In this document: piece by piece, positions 18,483 through 27,467 of the stretch
Numbering within the stretch: position 1 is the first letter of the stretch
How the letters are laid out: every line of letters begins with the position of its first letter
Origin: a virus
Virus record (IMG/VR): IMGVR_UViG_3300037473_000309
Length of the DNA: 55,948 nucleotides
Reading direction: 5' to 3' (one strand)
Program-made: the position numbers and the translations under genes
Notes under the pieces: model-generated
The model's database searches: none
What the model saw: only the letters and a program-made list of their open reading frames with translations
Told to the model about the DNA's origin: nothing

Positions 18483-18487
18483 TTTAC

Positions 18488-18540
18488 GAGTAGGAAAGTC
18501 CTTTGTTGCTTTTTTCATTCTTTCCTACTCTCCATATTTA
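18488..18540. terminator. Stem-loop at the convergence of the + structural block and the - replication block
   Basis: GAGTAGGAAAG (18488-18498) pairs perfectly with CTTTCCTACTC (18530-18540). The loop is T-rich, and a second imperfect GC-rich hairpin follows (18551-18590). Confidence 0.55.
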
Positions 18541-18590
18541 TGAACGGGGAAGGTTTTTTTGATCATGATTTCCTCCCTTCTCTGTTCGCC

Positions 18591-19907
18591 CTATACCTTC
18601 TTTAAAGCATTTAATAAAATATTTTGATCTATATTTTTGTTATTTAATACTTTCATTATTATTTCATCAATACAATTTTCAACTATTATATGATTTATAA
18701 TTACTGGTTTTAATTGTCCTATTCTATGTAATCTAGCATTAAATTGTAAATAATCTTCAAGATTCCATGTTAAACCAAACCATATAATTATATGCCCTCC
18801 ATGTTGTAAATTAAGACCTTTACCACTACTAGCAGGATGACATAATAATAGTTTTATCTTTCCTTTATTCCATAAATCTATATTTTTACCGTCTTTATCT
18901 ATTACAACTGCATGTTTAAATCGTTTTTGAAGACGTATGAGATCACTTTTATAGTTATAAGCTACAAGAATGTTCTCATTAGGATTATCTTCTATAAGCT
19001 CCTCTAAAGCATCTAATTTTGTATTATGTATCTCTATAATATTTTTATCTTCGTCATAAATAGCACCATTACAAAATTGTAATAATTTATTACTTAGAGT
19101 AGCAGCATTAAATATTGTTATTTCAGTATTTCCAATATTAGCTGTAAATTCTTTTTTTATTTCATTATAAAGTTTTAATTGAGATAAAGGTAACTTTACT
19201 TTAGTAACAAGTTCAATCTTATCGGGTAATTGAATATAATCTTCATATCCCATAGATAAAGTGATATCAGATATTTTATTTAAAATATTTTCACGAGAGA
19301 TAGGCGTATAATTATATCCATAATAATCACAGAAAAAAAATAGTTCTTTATAAACATTGAATGTGCTTCCTAAGCGTTCCCCTTTGTCTAATAAAAATAT
19401 TTGTGACCATAAATCTAAATATCCATTAGGGGAAGGGGTACCAGTAAGTTCAATCATATATTCATAATTGAATTTTTTTAAAGATTTGAATCTTTTAGAA
19501 GAAGAACTTTTAAAACTAGAACTTTCATCAATTACAATTAAATCCCAATTGATTTTTTTTATACTATAAAGCCAATAAATATTTTCTCTATTTATCAAAT
19601 AAATATCAGATTTTTTTTCTAATGCTTTTAATCTTTCCTTTTCATTTCCAGTAACAATAGAATAACTGAGATGATTAAGATGAGACCATTTGCTTATTTC
19701 TTCATGCCAGACATTATTCACTACCCTAAGAGGTCCTATGATAAGTATTTTTGATATAGAAAATTGATCAAGTAGTTTAGAAATAACTGTTAAAGATATA
19801 ACAGTTTTACCCATTCCCATTTCAAGGAATAATGCACATTTCTTTTTTTCTAATATAAAATTGATAGCCTTATTTTGGTAGGGATGTAAATCTTTAGGTG
19901 TATTCAT
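18591..19907 (-). CDS. SNF2/DEAD-like superfamily 2 helicase
   Basis: LHPYQNKAINF...FLEMGMGKTV (motif I), VIDESSSFKS (DExx box) and C-terminal helicase motifs (GKGLNLQ, RLHRIGQ). Confidence 0.85.
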   Translation of the reverse strand: MNTPKDLHPYQNKAINFILEKKKCALFLEMGMGKTVISLTVISKLLDQFSISKILIIGPLRVVNNVWHEEISKWSHLNHLSYSIVTGNEKERLKALEKKSDIYLINRENIYWLYSIKKINWDLIVIDESSSFKSSSSKRFKSLKKFNYEYMIELTGTPSPNGYLDLWSQIFLLDKGERLGSTFNVYKELFFFCDYYGYNYTPISRENILNKISDITLSMGYEDYIQLPDKIELVTKVKLPLSQLKLYNEIKKEFTANIGNTEITIFNAATLSNKLLQFCNGAIYDEDKNIIEIHNTKLDALEELIEDNPNENILVAYNYKSDLIRLQKRFKHAVVIDKDGKNIDLWNKGKIKLLLCHPASSGKGLNLQHGGHIIIWFGLTWNLEDYLQFNARLHRIGQLKPVIINHIIVENCIDEIIMKVLNNKNIDQNILLNALKKV

Positions 19908-20169
19908 TAATTAATAATTTTCCTGTCTCATAATCATCAATAACACTTATATCTACATTTCGTAATTTAAATTTATTAATAGTAATAGCCTGTAATTTTG
20001 TAGGTAATTTATTTTTACGTTTAAATTCAATAAAAAAAATCTTACCTGTAGGGCTTATAAAAAGTCTATCCGGTACAGATCTATTACAAGGCGATGTAAA
20101 TTTATATGCTAAGAAATTTTTATCAATAGCATATTTTACAACTTTTTTTTCTATTTCTCTTTCAAGCAT
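19894..20169 (-). CDS. VRR-NUC domain nuclease
   Basis: 91 aa with a PD-(D/E)xK core, PDRLFISPTGKIFFIEFK. The position next to the SNF2 helicase is typical. Confidence 0.75.
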   Translation of the reverse strand: MLEREIEKKVVKYAIDKNFLAYKFTSPCNRSVPDRLFISPTGKIFFIEFKRKNKLPTKLQAITINKFKLRNVDISVIDDYETGKLLINEYT

Positions 20170-20625
20170 TTAATCAGTTTTATTAAGTTCTATCAAGTTC
20201 TCATATTTTAATTTTTGAATTTTTATATTTATATCATTTAAATCGGTAAACATATAGGAAATTAACATCTCTGCTACTTCTAAATAACCTTCCTCAATAG
20301 CAGCATGTAATGCTGTTTTTTCAAAAAAATGACCTCCTTCATAATCACTAATAGTCTTAAATAATGTTTCTTTTTTTAACAGAGGAATAACAAATTTACA
20401 TAATTCACTAACTATTTCCTCGTTACCTTCATATATTATTTGATGTAATAAATAATAATCGTATCTATGATTGCATATTCCGTTAAGTTCTTCTTCGCTC
20501 TTTTTTAAAATATATTGTTGTTTTATTATTTCTAAATCATCTATATCCCTAATAGCATAACATAGCTCTACTTCACCTTTGTCTAAAAGTTCTTTATACA
20601 AATCCATTATTTCTCGTTCAAGCAT
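20170..20625 (-). CDS. Ankyrin-repeat-like protein
   Basis: Two ANK-like units: YYLLHQIIYEGNEEIVSELCKFV and KTALHAAIEEGYLEVAEMLISYM. Confidence 0.55.
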   Translation of the reverse strand: MLEREIMDLYKELLDKGEVELCYAIRDIDDLEIIKQQYILKKSEEELNGICNHRYDYYLLHQIIYEGNEEIVSELCKFVIPLLKKETLFKTISDYEGGHFFEKTALHAAIEEGYLEVAEMLISYMFTDLNDINIKIQKLKYENLIELNKTD

Positions 20626-20694
20626 TTCTATATTATAAAAATATTCCTATAATTATTACCGTATAGTTTTCTATATATGTCTTTAATTTGTTCA

Positions 20695-21249
20695 TTATTT
20701 ATATTTCTCAATTAAAGACATAAAATTATTTTTAATATTATATATCCCATATATTAATATAGTAATAACTATAGAATAAAAAACTTTAAATAATAAATCA
20801 TATGATACTATCATTAAACATTTATTTAGAGAAAATTTACCTAAAAGGCTCATCCCAACTATTAATGTATCTATTATAGAAGAACATATTAATACAATGA
20901 AATTTCTTAAAGGAAAATTAAATTTATATCTAAGATAATCAGATAAATTAACACCGATATAAGTAGATATAAATAATGATAAAAAAGAAATTATTACCAA
21001 TAAATCTATATGGGTTCTACTTAATAAAATGATATTAGGTAATACACAAGCCGTAACAGCAAACATAGCTTCATTCTTATTATATACTTCAGATAATAAA
21101 TTTATAGTTAATGCTAGTAAAATATATATACCTGAACAAAACATTACTTTTGAACTCATATTAAGTAAGGCGGTTAATATGAATAAAAATATAAATATTG
21201 AGGAAGTAAATAATATTGTTATTATAGTTTCTTTTAATTCGTTATACAT
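20695..21249 (-). CDS. Polytopic membrane protein resembling the VUT/YhhQ family (queuosine-precursor transporter)
   Basis: 184 aa with about 5 TM segments. LTINLLSEVYNKNEAMFAV, PLRNFIVLICSSIIDTLIV and SYDLLFKVFYSIVITILIYG align by eye with recalled YhhQ motifs (D..E.YG..A; ST..Q..DT..F; ..K......P). The ORF is shorter than typical YhhQ. Confidence 0.4.
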   Translation of the reverse strand: MYNELKETIITILFTSSIFIFLFILTALLNMSSKVMFCSGIYILLALTINLLSEVYNKNEAMFAVTACVLPNIILLSRTHIDLLVIISFLSLFISTYIGVNLSDYLRYKFNFPLRNFIVLICSSIIDTLIVGMSLLGKFSLNKCLMIVSYDLLFKVFYSIVITILIYGIYNIKNNFMSLIEKYK

Positions 21250-22181
21250 TTTTGAGCTCTAATTTTTGTTTCTAACATATTTAATAAAGTAACATTATTT
21301 TTATAATTTTCTTTAATGATATCAAGTGCCATTTGATCAGAATAATTTAAACTATTAATAGCTTCGGAAGACATATTATTAATTAATAGTTTAGATAGCT
21401 CAACATTATTTTTTTCAACGGCTAAATGTAAAGCTGTTTCACCATTAGATTTACTTTGATAATTTATATTATCTTTTATTTTAGGTATTAATATATCAGC
21501 AATATAATTTTTATTATGAAGAGCACATAAATGTAATACTGTATAATCTAACTTACCTGTATTATTTATATCTTTAATATCCATATGTTCTATAATAAAT
21601 TCATATAAAGAATTACACCCATCTTTTTTTAAAGCCATATGTAAGGGGGATTCATAAGTATTATCTATTTTATCAAATGTCTCTTTTAAAAGTTTTATAC
21701 CTTCGGCTTGATTTTTTTCTTTAGAATCAATTAATACAAATCCTTTAGTTTCATAAGGGTATTTAGAATAAATAAAATATGCATTTTCTATTTCTTCATA
21801 TATAGTTTCTTCTAATTCAATAATTCTATTATCTATCCACTCCCTTACCTCCCACAGATTGTTTTTTTCAGCCTGACGTGATGGCCTTCTACCTATAGTA
21901 TTATCATGACGAACTAACCCTTTTAAATTCATCTTAGGGATTAATAATTCGCATATTTCATCATTATAATTGTCTATTGCTAAACATAAAGGGGTCATAT
22001 CACTAGAATTTACAGTGTTGAGCTCTTCAATAGATAATTGTGATATAATATATAAACATATTTTTTTATCGTAATATTCGTGGTAAGTAAGATAATGTAA
22101 TAATGTTTCACCATTATCATCTAATTTTATAAATTCTTTAGGATCTAATTTTTTTATTTCTTTTAAATTTATATTTAACAT
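21234..22181 (-). CDS. Ankyrin-repeat protein
   Basis: ANK units: GETLLHYLTYHEYYD, MTPLCLAIDNYNDEICELLIPKM, ESPLHMALKKDGCNSLYEFIIEHM, YTVLHLCALHNKNYIADILIPKI and GETALHLAVEKNNVELSKLLINNM. Confidence 0.85.
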   Translation of the reverse strand: MLNINLKEIKKLDPKEFIKLDDNGETLLHYLTYHEYYDKKICLYIISQLSIEELNTVNSSDMTPLCLAIDNYNDEICELLIPKMNLKGLVRHDNTIGRRPSRQAEKNNLWEVREWIDNRIIELEETIYEEIENAYFIYSKYPYETKGFVLIDSKEKNQAEGIKLLKETFDKIDNTYESPLHMALKKDGCNSLYEFIIEHMDIKDINNTGKLDYTVLHLCALHNKNYIADILIPKIKDNINYQSKSNGETALHLAVEKNNVELSKLLINNMSSEAINSLNYSDQMALDIIKENYKNNVTLLNMLETKIRAQKCITN

Positions 22182-23938
22182 TTTATCCCTAAATTTTTTA
22201 ACATCTTATAGCTTTTATCTATATACTTTTTAAAATCAATATCAAGTATTTTTTCACCTTTTAATTTCATAAGAGGTTTTGCACCATCACTATCTGCAAC
22301 TTTATTACCACTTGTCTTATATGTTATCTTATCCCCCTCAGTGGAATAATACCATCTTACAATTCTCCCAAGATATTGATCTTTGTAAATTGCTCCCCCT
22401 TCTACTTTTCTAATTAAAAGGAATTTTTTAATGTTATCTTGGTTGTTAAATATAGTATCTTCTATTTCAACTTTATTTTGTAAATATTCTATTACAGCTT
22501 CAATGCAAATAGTACTCACAGGGTTTTTATCTAATCCTTCAAATGCATAAAGACCCTTACATTTTATACTATTATCTTCTAATATACCTATATATGAATT
22601 AACAGATTCATGATATACAGCTTTATAATATGTTTTTTCTAATTTAAAATTAGTAGTCTTTTCCCATATTTTTAGAATATGATCTAAAAGATCTATTAAT
22701 GCCTTCTTACCTTTAATGGTAATACTATCAGTATTAGTAGATATAATTTCAAATCCTGAAAAATTTAATTCTTCTATTAGCATTAATAAGCTTAATTGAC
22801 CTGTTAAGGTAGTATGTAACAATAAATTAGGAGAATATAAACTACTAAATTGAGATCCAAATTTTCCAAAACTTCCGTTTAAAATAATTTTATATGTATC
22901 TGATTTTATTTTATCATTATTTTCTTTAGCTTTTATTCTTTCATTATAAAAAAGCTTATATAAATTTATAAAATTACCACCTAATTTTTCAGGATAATAA
23001 TTATTATTTAAAATAATAGAAGGATAATAACTAACAACATCTATATCGATTAAAAACTCATCCTCATTAATCAAAGTAGCTTGATGTTTTTCATTAGAAT
23101 GTAATCCCCCTATTCCTAAAGAAAAAGTAGTATTATTTATTTTAATTTGTTTCTTAAGTTCATCATGTTTTATAAGTCTACCTTTTTCATTACATTTAAA
23201 ATCAGTTTTTTGTAATGAATGTAATAATTCTATAAGTTCAAAGGAATTAAACTTAATAAATTCAGGAGCTTTATATCTATATATTTTTTCTTGATCAATT
23301 ACATTATTATAAGATTTAATAGATAACAATTTCTTTATTATAGTTTCTGCTACTTGTGCGTCTGATTTAGATCTTAACTCAAGATTATAAATCTTTCCTA
23401 TTTTTTCCCGTAATTCTATTCTATCTTGAATCTCATTATAAAGCTCCATAGTAATGGTAATATCATTAAAACAATATTCCCTAATAATATCATGATCTTT
23501 ATTTTCTATAATGCTATTTGGCTCTAATGGTAAATCTTGAAGTACATTTGTATGCATTCTAGCACCATACATTTTAAGACTTGTACGGACACCAGGGGTA
23601 GGTTCAATAATATCTATATGATTCCATTTATAAGGGATTTGAATATTATAATTATTACAAATTTCCCAAGAAGGTTTCTTGGAAGTTATTATTTGATCTG
23701 AGAATTCTTTTAATTGTTTACGATTAACACCTGTTAAAGCATATGTAATCATTGGAAGGTCATAATTTTTAGAATTAAAACCTATAGTAAGATAATTATT
23801 CATGATAGTTGATATTTCTGCATAATTAAGAACAGAAGTATCAGTTATTTCATAAAAACGATTTTTAGTATTAGATTTAAAACAAATAAGAAAGTAATTA
23901 GGATAACATTCTACATCTAAAAATACTTCTTTACTCAT
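22175..23938 (-). CDS. Family B DNA polymerase (compact, with 3'-5' exonuclease domain)
   Basis: ExoI FLDVECYPNYF; motif A DIDVVSYYPSIIL (DxxSLYPS); motif B KIILNGSFGKFG (KxxxNSxYG); motif C ISTNTDSITI (DTDS). Confidence 0.85.
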   Translation of the reverse strand: MSKEVFLDVECYPNYFLICFKSNTKNRFYEITDTSVLNYAEISTIMNNYLTIGFNSKNYDLPMITYALTGVNRKQLKEFSDQIITSKKPSWEICNNYNIQIPYKWNHIDIIEPTPGVRTSLKMYGARMHTNVLQDLPLEPNSIIENKDHDIIREYCFNDITITMELYNEIQDRIELREKIGKIYNLELRSKSDAQVAETIIKKLLSIKSYNNVIDQEKIYRYKAPEFIKFNSFELIELLHSLQKTDFKCNEKGRLIKHDELKKQIKINNTTFSLGIGGLHSNEKHQATLINEDEFLIDIDVVSYYPSIILNNNYYPEKLGGNFINLYKLFYNERIKAKENNDKIKSDTYKIILNGSFGKFGSQFSSLYSPNLLLHTTLTGQLSLLMLIEELNFSGFEIISTNTDSITIKGKKALIDLLDHILKIWEKTTNFKLEKTYYKAVYHESVNSYIGILEDNSIKCKGLYAFEGLDKNPVSTICIEAVIEYLQNKVEIEDTIFNNQDNIKKFLLIRKVEGGAIYKDQYLGRIVRWYYSTEGDKITYKTSGNKVADSDGAKPLMKLKGEKILDIDFKKYIDKSYKMLKNLGIKC

Positions 23939-23941
23939 TAT

Positions 23942-24127
23942 TTAAAATTTTACTATACCTTTTAAAGAATCTTCAAAATTTAAAGGATCATACTTAAGGT
24001 CCTCTGTAGTTCTAAAATAAATTAAATTTTCATATTTGATATAATTTTTTATTATTCCCTTATGATTTTCAAATAAGTATTCAGCTTCTTCTCTAGTTAA
24101 TTGCATTTTATATCTATTTATATCCAT
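23942..24127 (-). CDS. Hypothetical protein
   Basis: The track ORF 23942..24208 was trimmed to the first ATG (MDINRYK...) lying outside the tRNA. The longer N-terminus is a translated tRNA gene. Confidence 0.4.
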   Translation of the reverse strand: MDINRYKMQLTREEAEYLFENHKGIIKNYIKYENLIYFRTTEDLKYDPLNFEDSLKGIVKF

Positions 24128-24129
24128 TA

Positions 24130-24214
24130 TGGTGGGGAAAGAAGGATTCGAACCTTCGAACGTATAACGGCCTGATTTACAGTCAGGTGCCTTTGACCTC
24201 TCGACCATTTCCCC
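24130..24214 (-). tRNA. tRNA-Tyr: tRNA-Tyr (anticodon GTA), long variable arm, CCA encoded
   Basis: Reverse complement reads GGGGAAA-TG-GTCGAGAGGTCAAAGGCA-CCTGA-CTGTAAA-TCAGG-(variable arm CCGTTATACGTTC)-GAAGGTTCGAATCCTTC-TTTCCCC-A-CCA. It has a 7-bp acceptor stem, a 5-bp anticodon stem and a TTCGAAT T-loop. Confidence 0.9.
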
Positions 24215-24393
24215 GTTTAAAGAGAAGGGGTAACGACTCGGTCTGACAATTCCATACCACTCAAATTACCCCATAAAATACATGTTACCTATACCTAGGA
24301 TAAAAATATAGATAACATGTAGTAATTTAATGTCTATATAAAGACGACCACCACGGTCACGTAACTTTGCCTTTATACTTCAATTAAATTTAT

Positions 24394-24945
24394 TTAAAAT
24401 AAATCATTTGAAGATTCTACAGGTTCAAAAGCACCTTCTATGTTAAAAGGACCAGATCCAAATGGATCTCCATCTTTTTTAAATTGAATGGCTAATAAAT
24501 TAGCTGATATACCTGTACTCATTTTGTCATACAAATATAGACTAATATAAGCATTTACATAACATCCACCATAAAATATACCTTCCTCTTCTCCAACAGG
24601 GGTTTTACCATCTTTCCCTACTATAGGAAATCTATTTTCTGATCTAGCTATTAAAGTATATTTATTTTTATATTCTTCTTTTTCAGATTCGTCCCCATCT
24701 CTTATGCAAATAAGTTTTCTATCTATTTTATTTAAAGAAATTTTATTTTCAGTTGTTACTTCATTAATAAATGATTTAATAGTTTCGATTTCTTTTGCAT
24801 GCTGATCTTTATCTAATATGAAAGTAGCTTCATATCTAAGTTTACCATTTGGACCAGCTTTAGGGTTAACTGTTTTTCTATATAAAGATGGATAAGATAA
24901 TCTTACATCATTAAGTTTAATGCGAGGTGAAGTTTTTGATGACAT
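24394..24945 (-). CDS. Single-stranded DNA-binding protein, DUF2815 (T7 gp2.5-like) type
   Basis: VRLSYPSLY..., IRDGDESEKEEYKNKYTLIARSE, FYGGCYVNAYISLYLYD...GISANLLAIQFKKDGDPFGSG match the recalled DUF2815 pattern. It is adjacent to a DUF2800 nuclease. Confidence 0.8.
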   Translation of the reverse strand: MSSKTSPRIKLNDVRLSYPSLYRKTVNPKAGPNGKLRYEATFILDKDQHAKEIETIKSFINEVTTENKISLNKIDRKLICIRDGDESEKEEYKNKYTLIARSENRFPIVGKDGKTPVGEEEGIFYGGCYVNAYISLYLYDKMSTGISANLLAIQFKKDGDPFGSGPFNIEGAFEPVESSNDLF

Positions 24946-24977
24946 TTTATTTTTAATATTTAAACGTTGAACATATT

Positions 24978-26054
24978 TTATAATAAGATATCTTCAGCTG
25001 TAAAATCGAATTCTTCTATTTTTATTGCTTTTCTTTTGTCATCTTTTGTAACCATTAAGGGCTTTGACTCAGAAATATATATAAAAGATTCTAATGTTTC
25101 CTTATCTACTAACTTTTCCAGATCTGTAACTCTTATTAAGGATTTAATATACGCTTTTTCACCCAATAATTCAACAAGTTTATCTTCACTACTTGTTTTA
25201 ATTTTACGCATATTTCTACCCTTTACCAGTTTATATCCAGGAAAAGATTCCCCAGAAGATAATTTATCATAAATCTTTTCTTCTAAAGAATTTAAATAAT
25301 TTTTAATCATTTTAGAATTGTCTAAAATGATTTTAATTTTATCATCTTCTACAATATCTTTAGATTTTTCTAAAACATCAGAAGTAAAATCATATATCGC
25401 AGGACAAGTAGAACTTGCTTTACACCATTTACAAGCATTCTCACTTGGAATACGTATAGCATCTTTTCTAAGTGCCATTTCTGCTTTAGCTTTTATATAT
25501 CCTTCCCAATATGATAATTCCTTAATAGATAATGTCCATTTATCAAAATTATTTTTACGTGGTTGTACAATGTGCAAAACTATTTCATGGATAACATCTT
25601 TATTTCTCAATTCATTATAAGCTCCTATAGCGTATAAAAGTAATTGTGTGTTCTCAAAAGCAGATACACTATGACCCATACCATATTTAAAATCTATCAC
25701 ATGTAGGGTATTAACAGATATAACTATACTGTCTGCAGTACCAAAACCTTTTGGTACAATATGGGAAAAATTTACCTCTTTTTCTATATGTATTTCAGGA
25801 TAAAATATTGTCTTAGATGAAATATTATTTACATAATCAACATATAATTGAATATTATCTAACATTTCAGATGAGACATCATAATTATTGATGTCCTGTT
25901 TATTAAGTAAAGTTGCAGCTATCTCATGTGCGAAAGTTCCTTCTGAAGAATATTTATTTTTTATATCCGGTAAATTTTCTTCTGCTTTAACACTACCAGG
26001 GCATAAAATCCATCTTTCGCTTCCGCTTGCACTTAATTTTGCATGTTTAGTCAT
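24978..26054 (-). CDS. DUF2800 / Cas4-like PD-(D/E)xK exonuclease with Cys cluster
   Basis: The N-terminus HAKLSASGSERWILCPGS is the DUF2800 signature. It also has VIDFKYG (nuclease core) and a CKWCKASSTCPA cysteine cluster. Confidence 0.8.
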   Translation of the reverse strand: MTKHAKLSASGSERWILCPGSVKAEENLPDIKNKYSSEGTFAHEIAATLLNKQDINNYDVSSEMLDNIQLYVDYVNNISSKTIFYPEIHIEKEVNFSHIVPKGFGTADSIVISVNTLHVIDFKYGMGHSVSAFENTQLLLYAIGAYNELRNKDVIHEIVLHIVQPRKNNFDKWTLSIKELSYWEGYIKAKAEMALRKDAIRIPSENACKWCKASSTCPAIYDFTSDVLEKSKDIVEDDKIKIILDNSKMIKNYLNSLEEKIYDKLSSGESFPGYKLVKGRNMRKIKTSSEDKLVELLGEKAYIKSLIRVTDLEKLVDKETLESFIYISESKPLMVTKDDKRKAIKIEEFDFTAEDILL

Positions 26055-26341
26055 TTGTATTTATTTTTAATTCTCTCATGTTCTTGTTTAAGTTTTTCTT
26101 TATCCATTTTATATTCTAATTTTAAATCACCATTTTCATCATGCAATTCACTTATTTCAACTATTTGACTTAATAAATCTGCAATTTCTTGATCTCTATA
26201 ACCATTACGTTTTCTAAACCCCCTTTGGTATCTGAATAATTCATCTTTATTTTCTTGATATGTAGGTTCTTTTAATTCTTTATTATCTTCCTTTTTATTA
26301 AACCATTTCTTATATAATGCGTAAAAATCATGTAAATTCAT
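26051..26341 (-). CDS. Hypothetical early protein
   Basis: 96-aa ORF whose stop overlaps the downstream start. Charged and helical. Confidence 0.45.
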   Translation of the reverse strand: MNLHDFYALYKKWFNKKEDNKELKEPTYQENKDELFRYQRGFRKRNGYRDQEIADLLSQIVEISELHDENGDLKLEYKMDKEKLKQEHERIKNKYK

Positions 26342-26636
26342 ATTTTTCCTTTATCTCTTTATAAGCAATCTTTTTAATATCTTTATGTATGTTATTGATT
26401 GAACTTTTCATATTAGTTATTTTCATCACTAAAGAAGAATTCATTTCATCAATTTGTTTTAATTTTATAAATTGTTCTTTTGAAAATTTATAATCTTTAT
26501 CTTCAATTAAATGATATTTAGCTTTTATTGCATCTAATAATTCCTCTCTTATAAAAATAAAAGCATCATTTATCCTATCCAATTTATGTTCTAAATTTTC
26601 AATATTAATTTCTATAATTTCATCTTTAGTACGCAT
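26328..26636 (-). CDS. Hypothetical early protein (coiled-coil)
   Basis: 102-aa ORF in an overlapping gene chain. Confidence 0.45.
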   Translation of the reverse strand: MRTKDEIIEINIENLEHKLDRINDAFIFIREELLDAIKAKYHLIEDKDYKFSKEQFIKLKQIDEMNSSLVMKITNMKSSINNIHKDIKKIAYKEIKEKYEFT

Positions 26637-26880
26637 GATGTTTTATTTTCTCTTTTTGCCATAAAATTTTATCTTCAATATGAATTAACAACATATCTGT
26701 TATTTTCTTAAGGGCTTCTATCTCTTCTTCTTTTGACACTATAATTGGTCTGTATTCTTTTAAAATTTCTTCTAATGAATTAAAATCAAAAGTTTCAGCT
26801 AATTGTGGTATTAACTGTGAAGTTATCTTACCATCTTTAATTTCATAGTTAATTACACACTGTATTTGGATATTTTTCAT
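26626..26880 (-). CDS. Hypothetical early protein
   Basis: 84-aa ORF in an overlapping gene chain. Confidence 0.45.
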   Translation of the reverse strand: MKNIQIQCVINYEIKDGKITSQLIPQLAETFDFNSLEEILKEYRPIIVSKEEEIEALKKITDMLLIHIEDKILWQKEKIKHHAY

Positions 26881-26897
26881 ATAATGATTTTCCTTAT

Positions 26898-27077
26898 TTA
26901 ATCATAATTTTTATTTGCTACTTTAAATTCAAGTTCATCTACTCTATCCATAAGATCATTTATAAGTTCTTTTAAATGAGTTGGATATTTAATTGATTCA
27001 ATTTGTTCTATATATTCAATACGTTTTTCAACTAATTTTATTAATTCTAAATAATCTACTTTATTATCTTTTTCCAT
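26898..27077 (-). CDS. Hypothetical small protein (not in the ORF track)
   Basis: 59-aa ORF MEKDNKVDYLELIKLVEKRIEYIEQIESIKYPTHLKELINDLMDRVDELEFKVANKNYD. It fills the gap between 26880 and 27088. Confidence 0.3.
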   Translation of the reverse strand: MEKDNKVDYLELIKLVEKRIEYIEQIESIKYPTHLKELINDLMDRVDELEFKVANKNYD

Positions 27078-27087
27078 TTTATACCTT

Positions 27088-27456
27088 TTAATTATTCTTA
27101 GTTAAATTTTTAATTAGTTTTTCAATCAACTTATATTGATCTGAATTTAACTTTTCTACATTTTTAAATGCTGGCTTTTTTTGAATCGGCATATAACTTA
27201 TATCATGAATTTTCATTAGATCTACAATAAATGTATGAATATCATATTTTAAATGATTTAAGATCAATAATAGTCTTGCTATACAAATTCTATTTTCTCC
27301 CATTTCATATTTTCTAAATTGTTGAATACTTACTCCTAATTCCTTAGCAATATTTTTAATTTCAACATGATGATCTCTTCTTATTAATCTAATTAAATTA
27401 CCTGTATAATTAGTAATTTGTTTACATAAATCTTTAACATCTAATTCTTTTTTCAT
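27088..27456 (-). CDS. XRE-family helix-turn-helix transcriptional regulator
   Basis: HTH_3 pattern: LIRLIRRDHHVEIKNIAKELGVSIQQFRKYEMGENRICIARLLLILNHL. Confidence 0.7.
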   Translation of the reverse strand: MKKELDVKDLCKQITNYTGNLIRLIRRDHHVEIKNIAKELGVSIQQFRKYEMGENRICIARLLLILNHLKYDIHTFIVDLMKIHDISYMPIQKKPAFKNVEKLNSDQYKLIEKLIKNLTKNN

Positions 27457-27467
27457 ATTATTTATTC

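Noticed and set aside
21029-21262. Plus-strand ORF 21029..21262. The same applies to 32916..33101, 38671..38874, 42771..42977 and 52254..52541 on their opposite strands.
   Set aside because: Each is antisense to a better-supported gene, or spans the non-coding repeat region (52254..52541). None has a ribosome-binding site.
24128-24208. N-terminal extension of track ORF 23942..24208 (MVERSKAPDCKSGRYTFEGSNPSFPT)
   Set aside because: This peptide is the translation of the tRNA-Tyr gene. The CDS was trimmed to ATG 24127.
24967-26070. Plus-strand ORFs 24967..25272, 25318..25620 and 25888..26070
   Set aside because: They are antisense to the DUF2800 nuclease gene, whose motifs are unambiguous. 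They are typical shadow ORFs in AT-rich DNA.
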